DNA of 64,000 bases from Zygnema circumcarinatum SAG 698-1b. Its lineage: Eukaryota; Plantae; Zygnematophyceae. The position numbers were made by a program, and so were the translations under genes. Every line of letters begins with the position of its first letter. The stretch's first letter is position 1. The stretch is taken from NCBI GenBank assembly GCA_037447605.1, contig CM074812.1:2976001-3040000 (forward strand). Reading direction: 5' to 3'. A model generated the notes under the pieces. The model saw only the letters and a program-made list of their open reading frames with translations, was not told where the DNA came from and did not search any database. Positions 44,801 to 54,377 of this stretch are shown here, in pieces.

Positions 44801-47800
44801 GCCAGAGAGAGTATTAAGGGAGGCAAAGATAGGCTGTGAAGGAGAAGATGGTGTTGAGGTAGAGGGAGAGGCGTGGCTGGAGATTTGGTTGAAAGTAAAG
44901 ATAAAGGGAGTGAAAATGAAAGCAGTGAATGCAAGGCTAAGGCTAAGGCTAAGGCTAAGGCTAAGGCTGGTTACTTTTTTACTCTTGTTCAGATTCTGTC
45001 GAACCCGGAGTTCCTTGCTGAGGGAACTGCAATTGCTGATCTGGACAAGCCTGACCGTGTCCTTATCGGTGAGTTATTGTTGTTCATTTAAACTTATCTT
45101 GGCATGTAACATTTTGGTTTTTTCTCTAGAAAAGATATGAAAATGGCAGACTTTTTCGGGGCCTCCTTTCACCTGAACATATTAGTTTAGGGTCTCTTAT
45201 AAGTAATTTGCTGCCCTCATTACTAGTCGTCCTACTCTGTCTAGTGTGTTCACCTGCTGCTTGAGCTCCTTGTTTGTGAGAGAGAGGAGAGAAATGAAGG
45301 ACAAGTCAGGATGAGAGGAGAATGTTAAGGAAGTGTTTGAGGCAATGGTGAGGGTGAAAAAAGAACGCCGGGAAAGGGAGTAGGGGCAATACCAATTGGA
45401 GGTCATCCTCATATGAGTCCTCCCATATTCGATAGTTTGTCACTTTCGTGGTTTTTAATGTACTTGGCGCTTATTACGACTGGTAGTAATTTGATCTCTT
45501 CCACGGCATCATTCGTCCTTGTTAAGGGTCCGGAGATGTGTAAGTAGTAGCAGTGCTTCGGCTGCTTTGTGTTTCTATTTCTTATGCGGCATTATCTTTT
45601 TTTGTTGTTGGAACATGCAGGAGGAAGGACCACTCCCGAGGGGCAAAAGGCAGTGGCTACTTTGGCTGCCGTTTATGCTCACTGGATTCCGGAGGAGAAC
45701 ATCATCCGAACTAACTTATGGTAAGCTGCCTCTCCCGCCTCAGATCCCACATACTCTCCCTCTCTCGATCTCTCCTCTCTAGGGCATGCTTGGGTGCTCT
45801 GATCGATGATCCAAACCTCAGCAACAGGAGCTAAATGTCTTCTTTATTCTGTTATAAATGCCTTCACCTTCACCCTCCTTTCCTTGATCACCTAATGATG
45901 CAATCAGATTACAACATTTTTCATTTGATCCGCTTTTATTTGTTATTGATTTCCATTGCCCGCCGTTCTATTCTAGGTCTGCCGAGCTTTCAAAGCTAGC
46001 TGCGAATGCCTTTTTGGCGCAGCGAATTTCGTCCGTGAACTCAATTTCCGCTCTTTGCGAAGCCACCGGAGCAGATGTCTCGGAGGTCGCGTATGCAATC
46101 GGAAAAGACTCGCGAATTGGACCCAAGTTTTTGGGAGCATCCGTGGGATTCGGAGGATCTTGCTTCCAGAAGGTTGGTTTCCTCTTTGTATCTAGGTCCA
46201 ATTTCAGTTTCGCTTCAGTTCCGTTTGTTTTGACTTCAGCTGTCAGCTTTCAGTTTCCTCTTTCTTCTTGGTCTTTCGGGTGATTAGTCAAGAAAAAATG
46301 GGCCTCATCAAACCTTAAAATCTCCTAAATTTCTCGAGACCTCTATGGCTACTTCTTCCTTAAAACTTTTTGAATCATATCTTTACTATTGCCTACATCT
46401 GTGAAGATAACGTTTGAGATAATTCAGGCGATTCAGGTTATTCAGGTGATAACAGGCGCACCACTTGAAACCGCATCACCTAATTTCGCCTCTCCTCGCA
46501 CATTTCCTGCAGGATATTCTCAACCTGGTCTATATCTGTGAATGCAACGGTCTTCCTGAAGTTGCAGCCTATTGGAAGCAAGTGGTCTCCATCAACGACT
46601 ACCAAAAGTCTCGGTTTGTGAAGCGCATTGTCTCCTCCATGTTCAACACTGTCTCCGGAAAGAAGATCGCCATGCTTGGGTTTGCCTTCAAGAAGGACAC
46701 GGGAGACACGCGGGAGACTCCCGCCATCGATGTGGCTCACGGGCTTTTGGGCGACCGTGCGATATTGAGCATTTACGACCCTCAAGTGACGGAGGAGCAG
46801 ATGAGGAGGGACCTGGCCATGAACAAGTTCGACTGGGACCACCCGCAGCACTTGCAGCCTGTCAGCCCCACGGCAGACAAGAAGGTACACAGAGAGAGAG
46901 ACAGAGACAGAGTGCGAGAGTGGGGCCGGTTGTGGGAGGGCCAAGCCAGAGGGGTTTGGAAGTTAGAGAATGGGGCGGAGAAGAGGAGGGGGGACAAGCG
47001 TTCACAGAGAGAGTCAGAGAGAGGCCGGTTGTAAGAAGGCGCAGAGAGGGGTTTGCGAGATGGAGGGCTGAGGATAAGGAGAAGAGAGGAGAGGGATGAA
47101 AGTCATGAAAGAAATGGGGGGAGATGGGTTACTGAGGACAGAATCGGGTAGGGGAGATATGGAGAGAGAGTCCGGTTGAAAATGCTTAGTAAGTGGGGCT
47201 TGGCAGCCGGAGGGCTGGGGAAGGAAATGCGGTATTCGAAGAGAGGGAATTAACTTGAGGGAAAGGGAGATACGGTAAGGAAGGGGGAGAGGGACTGCAG
47301 TGAGAAAGGTAGGGAAAGAGGTATTGGGGAGTCAAAGGGCGGTATGGAAAGGGGGAAAGCACGTAGTCAGATAAGTGGGGGAAAGAGTGGGATGGGATAG
47401 AGACTGGAGAGTGGAAGATGAGAATTTCTTTAGAGGTTATATTTCCACTATCAAAAAGTGTGGTTTGGGAAGGGGGGAGTATGCAGATAGGTAATGCAGA
47501 GTCCTTGGAGTTCAGGGGAGAAAAAAGGAGAGGGGTTGCTGAATAGAGATGGATGCTTTGCGGGGAGACTGAGAAGTTCTGGTTGAGAGAGAGGTCCTGG
47601 AGGTTCAAGCATGTGGAGATGGATTGGATCTCTCGGAGGGCCTAGGAAGTGAGGGATGAGAGGGTGAGAGGGGGGGTTAGTGGGGGGAGAGAGGGACAGG
47701 AGGGAGGGGGGGGGGGAGGGATTGGTTCGATGTCGCGTTAAGCGAAAAAAACCTTGGGGCGCTATACTCTTAGAGAAGTTCCACTGTTCCCTGAGAGCTC

Positions 47801-48896
47801 TTCGATTACCCTTAGATAAAGAAACCAAAAACGGAAAATGAATCCTGCACCCAAAATTCTAAAAAACTAAAAAACTTGAAAACTGAAACGAAACATTGTT
47901 TTCTTAAGGAGTTGGAAGACATAGCTGAGCTCAGTGAGGTTTTCCTTTGTCTGTGTGAAGGTCTCGGTGTGCTGGGACGCGTATGCCGCTTGTAAGGATG
48001 CCCACGCAATTTGCGTTATTACCGAATGGGACGAGTTCAAGACTCTCGACTACCAGGTATGACGTGAAAAGGGGAACAAAAAGAGATGTTGATGAGAAGG
48101 AGAGGAAGAGAGCGAGAGAGGGAGAGAGGCAGAGAGAGGGAGAGAAAGAGATAAGGAGAGGGCGAGGGGGAGGGAGAGAGAGAGGATGAGATGAGGTCGA
48201 ATTGTTGCTTGCTGTTGAATCCGTAATAGTGCAATTAGTTTTTGTGTTGTTGGTTTTGCCATCATGGAAGATGCGAGTGACTTGCTGGTCAATGTGGAAC
48301 ATCACCTTTCGTTTCGTTGAAACATTTGTAGTATCTGTAACATGCATTTGATGTAGGGGGGGGTAGAGCAGGGAGTGGGAGAGTGGGAGGGAGGATGGGT
48401 GGGAAGGGCTGTTGGAACAATGAGTCAGAATGCTCCCTAAGAGAGCTCGGAGAGTGATTTGCGTCAACATTTAGAGTATTCGTAATATGTAGTTGATGAG
48501 CAAATTAGAGGAGCGGATGAGCGAGTGAGTGGTGGAGGAGAGAGAGCTGGGATGTGTGCTTCAATGTTGGAGAATAGAGAAAGAAATTCTGCAGTCAGTA
48601 CATTGGTGAAGAAAGTTGGAGTCACGCTGGGAGGGAGTTGGAATCACTGGGAGGGAGTCATATATGACAACTGTCTGCTCACTCCCTCCCGCTCCCTCTC
48701 CCTCCCTCTCCCTCCCTCTCGCTCTCTCTCTTATCCCATGCAGAAAATCTATGATTCTATGACGAAGCCTGCGTTCGTGTTCGACGGTCGCAACATTCTC
48801 CCCGTCGAGAAGTTGCGGGAAATTGGATTCATCGTCTTCTCCATTGGCAAGCCCTTGGATCCGTGGGTGAAGGACCTCCCCTCCATTGCCAACTAG
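41863..48896 (+). CDS. UGD: UDP-glucose 6-dehydrogenase, copy 1 (481 aa, 9 exons)
   Basis: Exons 41863-41993, 43822-43963, 44383-44562, 44993-45068, 45621-45720, 45977-46172, 46513-46884, 47961-48056, 48744-48896 = 1446 nt. [18 protein letters not shown] (Rossmann GxGxxG), [51 protein letters not shown], catalytic Cys in [33 protein letters not shown]. Confidence 0.97.
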
Positions 48897-49600
48897 AGGG
48901 AGGCGAGAGTGAAGGAAAGAGAGAAGGAGGGACGGAGGCAGTCGACATTCAGTTTGACCACTGCTGCAATCTGTAGGATGCGGCTTCTACACTTCACGTT
49001 CTCCTTGTGAGGTAATGAGATCGCGAGAGAGACAGAGAGAGGGAGGAGAGTAAAGAGTAGGGGAAGAATACTGGTTGTCTCCTCTCTTCATACATCCATT
49101 TGGGGATAAGTCGGTCGGTCGGTCGGTCGTTGTGTTATTCTTTCGTTTCGAGATTTTGTTATTGAATAGGACAGGTGATGTTTCGACATTTTGTAGAGTT
49201 AGAGATAAAGAGTTTATAAAGGCAGAGAGGGGATAATAGTAGCTGTCCTGCTTCCTGTCTATCTCCCAGTCTGCCTCCCTTCCTTCCCTCTTAGTCCCTC
49301 TCCCGTAACGTGGGAGACAGCAGCAGCAGCAGGCGAGTGTGGTACTTGACTCACTCCCTCTCAGCCGTAAACATTGTTCAATATGACATTTTGTATCATC
49401 TGCTCCCATTGAGCAAGAGAGCAAGAAGACGGCCTGGCCTCTCCGAATGTCGATGGAGCTTTAAGTGGATTGTGTAAGGGGGGTGGGGGGAGGGAGGCAT
49501 TGCCCAAGGAAGGGGGAAGAGAGGCACTGTCCAAGTAGGGAGGGAGGGGGGGGGGGGCAGAACCAATCAATTGACTAATCAATCAACTAACCACTCCGAC

Positions 49601-49988
49601 CTCAGCCCTGCGCCAATGGTTGGCGCACACGGCCAGCCTTCGCCAACGGTTGGCGCACCCAGCTAGCCATGCGCCGGTAGCTGGCGCACACGGCAAGCCC
49701 TGCAACAATGGTTGGCGCACACGGCCAGCCCTTCGCCAATGGTTGGCGAATCCGGCCAGCCTGCGCTAATGGTTGCAGGTGCAGACTGCCCGGATGCGCC
49801 AATCATTGGCGCAGGGCTGCCCGGGTGCGCCAGCCATTGGCGCAGGCTGGTCGGGTGCGCCATGCATTGGCGCAGGGCTGGCCGTGTGCGCCAACCATTG
49901 GCGCAGGGTATTGGTGCAGGGCTGACCGTGTGCGGCAACCATTGGCGCAGGGCTGGCCGGGTGCGCCAACCATTGGCGCAGGGCTGAG
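49601..49988. mobile_element. 388-bp foldback/MITE-like element built from ~30-33-bp palindromic units
   Basis: Left end CTCAGCCCTGCGCCAATGGTTGGCGCAC (49601-49628) is the exact reverse complement of the right end GTGCGCCAACCATTGGCGCAGGGCTGAG (49961-49988); the match extends another ~10 bp with 1 mismatch. Internal units carry TGCGCCAA-NNN-TTGGCGCA and switch orientation near 49800. No target-site duplication is evident. Confidence 0.6.
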
Positions 49989-50834
49989 CTGTGTTCTCCC
50001 TTCCTGCCTCACTCTCCCCGCTGCTACTCCCCCCCTTTCTCTCTCCTCCTCTACTATCTCGCCCTCTCTACACCTCTCTCTCCTCTTTTCCTTGTGCAGT
50101 CTTCTATGGGACTCCGGGCTCCACAAAATTTCGAATGTTGGGCTCCTTTTGGGGAATAATTTCATTAGTGAAAATGACCGCAAACTCCAAATGGATGATG
50201 GAATGTTCCACTCGGGTATCCAGATGATGCTTGGCCATGTCTGCATGATGGAGCCGTGATGTATCACATGCTATGCCATGCATGCATGCAGAATACACGG
50301 ATAACCTAAAACATAACGAGAGAAAGATGTGGCATTGATCTCAAGATGGCGATGATGCCATCAAATGTACATGGACAAAAGCAGCAGAATGGGGAACCAC
50401 GAGGAACTGGGACTAAAACAAAAAGCTGGGAGCGGTAGGCTTTCCGTCTAGTCTCAACACGACAGCCCTAGTAGCAGCTGCGAAGGTCACACTAACATAG
50501 GTTTATATATTTTATGCCATCTGTGCATTTTTTTTTGTCCTTGAAAAAATTCAGTGTTCTTCATACAACTGAAAGACAACGCCTAAAAAATAATAATACT
50601 AATTTAAGGTTGTGATATAAATAAACACTTTAATGCACTTCAAAACGAGACAATGTGATCAACACTACAAGTGCAGTATCTGGAGAAATACTCAACAATG
50701 TCTAGTATAAGAAGTGACTGCCAGAGCATAAATGGCAGGTCTACCTACTCCCCACCCTTCGCTTACCTTTGGCCCTCCCCCCCGTGCTGCCCTACGTCCT
50801 TCTTGTTTCCCTTCTCTGATCTCTTCTCCCTTCC

Positions 50835-51270
50835 CTCCCACTCTCTCTCACTCCCCGCCCTCTCTCTCTACCCCCTCGTACCCTCCCACTCTCTCTCACT
50901 CCCCGCCCTCTCTCTCTACCCCCTCGTACCCTCCCACTCTCTCTCACTCCCCGCCCTCTCTCTCTACCCCCTCGTGCCCTCCCACTCACTCTCACTCCCC
51001 GACCTCTCTCTCTACCCCCTCGTGCCCTCCCACTCTCTCTCACTCCCCGCCCTCTCTCTCTCTACCTCCCACTCTCTCTCACTCCCCGCCCTCTCTCTCT
51101 ACCTCCCACTCTCTCACTCCCCGCCCTCTCTCTCTCGACCTCCCACTCTCTCTCACTCCCCGCCCTCTCTCTCTACCTCCCACTCTTTCTCACTCCCCGG
51201 CCTCTCTCTCTACCTCCCGCTCTCTCTCACTCCCCGCCCTCTCTCTCTACCCCCTCGTGCTCCACCCGCT
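50835..51270. repeat. ~35-42-bp CT-rich tandem repeat downstream of the orphan membrane gene
   Basis: CCCACTCTCTCTCACTCCCCGCCCTCTCTCTCTACC recurs about 10 times. Confidence 0.85.
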
Positions 51271-51325
51271 ACCCCCCTACGACCCCTCTCTTCACGAAGT
51301 CCCCCAACGGAGCTCGACAGCTCCC

Positions 51326-52251
51326 TCAACTCGCCTCTTTATCCCCGGCCTCACAATCGGCGGCCTTATTAAGGTTCTGGAGTCTATAATTAACCCATAA
51401 ACGCCATGCGAGGAATATGAGGTATAAGCCAACGGTAAATGGGACCACGCACAGGATTAAATTGCAGGTGTATACAGGTAAGTATGCTAAGCATATGCCA
51501 CCCGCGCAGCTGCCATGGTATAGCCGCGATGACCGGTAAAATAGTGACAGGAAAGGATAATAAAAAGTAAAGGGAAGTTGGATGATTACTTGAAGTATTA
51601 CCGACAACGGCACACAATATATGCCCGACATTGGAGTTTCAAGTTTAGAAATGACATGACTGAGCACGAGCCTTCCTATGGCGTACCAAATCCAGCACGC
51701 CCCCACCGCAATTCCAAACTCCTGCACTATCCCATCTAGAAGGGACGGGGCAGAATCCAATTCTTTCAGCTTCCCGGAAATGGACAGGAGGTACATCACG
51801 TAGCCTGTGCCAGTAGCCGCCACGTTGAGCATATTGACCATGTCGAAGTCACAAAAGCAGAGCAGCAGTAAGGTCATGCAGCTTTGAAGAGCCACTAGCT
51901 GTGCGTTTGCGAACAGCAATTGATAATTTTTAATGTACACGTGGACCAAAAGAGGAAAGTGGTGAGCATGGTCGTCAGTCCCAAAACTAAGTCCACAGCG
52001 GACTGAAACCGGACCTTGTCGCCGGTCAGTACTTTATATCTGACGAAGGGAATAAGCGAATAAAAAAGTAGGAGCGTGGTGCAGAGTTGCAGAATGTAGA
52101 TTAATACGGAGGCGCCGCGATCATCTGGAGACAAGTCCGCTGCAGCCACTCCCGATATAGTCGAGTCTTGAAAGAAAAACATCAAAAGGGTGAAGCTGAC
52201 TGAGACAATGAAGCTGACAGCGACGCCGATGGTGAAGGGAGACCACGCCAT
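51326..52251 (-). CDS. Intronless orphan multi-pass membrane protein (~308 aa, about 7-8 hydrophobic segments) split by a 1-nt frameshift; pseudogene or sequencing error
   Basis: Two overlapping high-complexity ORFs, 52251-51895 (MAWSPFTIGVAVSFIVSVSFTLLMFFF..) and 51949-51326 (..VHVYIKNYQLLFANAQ..CEAGDKEAS*). Adding one T to the TTTT run at ~51948-51951 (minus strand TTC CTC TTT TGG to TTC CTC TTT TTG GTC) joins them. Lacks the GA/CT repeats typical of local non-coding DNA. No family recognised. Confidence 0.6.
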
Positions 52252-52723
52252 TTGAGGAGGGGGGGGGCGCGGGCAGAGGGAGTGACTGAGAGAGAGAGAG
52301 AGAGATAGAAGGGAAGAGAGAGAGAGAGAGAGAGAGGGGGGNNNNNNNNNNGGAGGGAGGGAGGGAGGGAGGGAGGGAGGGAGAGAGAGGGGAGAGAGAG
52401 GGAGAGAGAGAGAGAGGGAGAGAGGGGAGAGGGGGGAGCGAGAGCGAGAGAGAGCGGTAGAGAGAGAGTGCCGAGGTGGGTGCGTGGGAGGGAAAGGAGA
52501 TTTTGAATGTCGTGTCTACAAATTCCGCGTCCCCTTGCGATTTGGGGCGAGTCTCGAGGCGGTTGCAGTGTGCCTCAAGCGCGGGAAGCGCGGGAAGAAC
52601 CGGCCACGTGGCGATGCCTGACTGGAAAACGGAACGCATCATGGAACTCGCCCGGCGGTGTCAACTCACACGTGTGAATGCCGTAGGGACACTTGCAAAA
52701 CTGCCATTAACGTAGCGACTCAC

Positions 52724-53386
52724 ATGGAGCGGGCTGCATGCGAGTGCATGCAACGGCGGCCCGACCTTGGATGCGCCGACGGAGGGAGTGGTTCAGCGGG
52801 GTCGCGTTACCGCCTTTCACTGTGGAACAGCACAAATTATTGTACACACATTACAATTTCAGATAAGCCCGTCGACTCGTTTGTGCTTGATCGTGCCGCT
52901 TTTGTTCGGGCACTTACTCGCTCCCTTATTTGTCTGCAGGAGGGCCATCGAGCATGGTTTATGAGTTGCTTCGTGATGTGTTTTCTCCTAATACTGGGGA
53001 TAGTGGGTTTTGTTTGCTCTTTCAACTTGCTTCTGTCTTGTCGTAAGGTCGTGTTCCCGCGTCCATCAGCCATCTCCTTACCTCTGCTCGATTGGTTCCT
53101 GGCCGTGTGCGCCAACCATTGGCGCAGGGCTGGCCGTTCGCGGCAACCATTGGCGCAGAGCTGGCCCGGTGCGCCAACCATTAGTGCAGGGGTGTCCGTT
53201 TCTCCCTCTCTCTCTCTCTCCCACATTTTCCATCTCCCACTCCCTCCCTCGCTTCCTCTCCCTCTCTCTCTCTCTCCCACATTTTCCATCTCCCACTCCC
53301 TCCCTCGCTTCCTCTCCCTCTCTCTCTCGCTCTCTGCAAAGGATCCACTGCACGCGGGTGCTTACCATACAGAATTGGCATTATGA
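52724..53386 (+). CDS. Possible small two-exon protein (~122 aa) with one hydrophobic segment, divergent from the orphan membrane gene
   Basis: ATG at 52724, open frame to a donor AAG|GTCGTG at 53047/53048, CT-rich tract and AAG| acceptor at 53341, then in-frame DPLHAGAYHTELAL*. Hydrophobic stretch WFMSCFVMCFLLILGIVGFVCSFNLLL. No homology recognised. Confidence 0.2.
   Translation: MERAACECMQRRPDLGCADGGSGSAGSRYRLSLWNSTNYCTHITISDKPVDSFVLDRAAFVRALTRSLICLQEGHRAWFMSCFVMCFLLILGIVGFVCSFNLLLSCRKVVFPRPSAISLPLLDWFLAVCANHWRRAGRSRQPLAQSWPGAPTISAGVSVSPSLSLSHIFHLPLPPSLPLPLSLSPTFSISHSLPRFLSLSLSLSAKDPLHAGAYHTELAL
53100..53192 (+). repeat. Three-unit fragment of the same palindromic element (right arm)
   Basis: GCCGTGTGCGCCAACCATTGGCGCAGGGCTGGCC.. 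nearly matches 49880-49985. Confidence 0.8.
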
Positions 53387-54377
53387 TAATGAAGACGGAA
53401 CAAAGTTTGTGTGGTTATAATCCCTGCCAAACCCCTGGCACCTCGTCACACCCACTGCAAAGCGACCTGCGCCTCCCGACGCCCTCATCGCTCTACCACG
53501 ACAGGCCGCACAGGCCATTCATCATTACAGGAGGAGCCGAGCGATGATTGTTTGGTGAAAGAAATGTAAAGCTCGTGGTAGAGTACTAAATGGGAGAGGT
53601 AAAGTTGATGGTTAAAAACAAAAAATCAAATTGCTGTGATCACCACGACAATACATGTCTGAAGTGAAACAACAAGTCACATCATATGCCTTTTTGGATA
53701 TGGCCCCCCTCCCCTCCCCTCCCCTCTCCCGCTCCCCCTCTCTCTCCACCTAAAGCTCGAACTCTTGCTCTTCAAGAGGCCAAGCCCTCCCTCAACTGCT
53801 CTCTTGCTCAATGGAAGCGGATGATACAAAATGTCATATTAAACAATGCTTTACAGCTCAGAGCGAGTGAGAGAGTGACCACACCGCCCTCCTGCTGCTG
53901 CTGTCTCCCACTCTACGGGAGAGGGACTAAGAGGGAAGGGAGGGAGGCAGAGTGGGAGAGGTGGGAAGCTACCTTTCTTCCCTTTCTCTCCTCTCTGCCT
54001 TTACAGCCTCTTTATCTCTACCTCTACAAAATAAACAAGCACCTGTTCTATTCGGCAACACAATCCCAAAATGGAAAGAATAAAACGACCAACAACTAAC
54101 AGATTTTCCGATCTCCCAATCAATGGACAAAAAGACTCCCAACAATCATTTCCTTCTCCTTCTGTCTCCTCTCTCTCTCTCTCTCTCTCTGACAGACACA
54201 CACAACGAGAGCGTGAAGTGTAGAAGCTGCATCCTACAAATTGCGGGACTGGTCAAATCGAACATCGATTTCCTCCCCCTCTCTCCCTCCCCCTCTCTTT
54301 ATCTCTCTCGCTCACTCACAGGTTCTCTCTTCCTCTTACTTTCTCCCTCTCGTACTGTTTCAGTCTCTCGCCTCCCT

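Noticed and set aside
44933-44968. (GCTAAG)6 repeat in UGD-1 intron 3
   Set aside because: An ordinary microsatellite expansion (single unit in copy 2); useful only as a copy-specific marker.
49601-49988. CRISPR-like look of the palindromic 19-bp repeats (also 62040-62400)
   Set aside because: Linkers are only ~11-14 nt and similar to each other, units invert mid-array, there are no cas genes, and the context is eukaryotic.
51895-51955. Programmed -1 ribosomal frameshift in the orphan membrane gene
   Set aside because: No canonical X XXY YYZ slippery heptamer in the overlap; a homopolymer indel is the simpler explanation.
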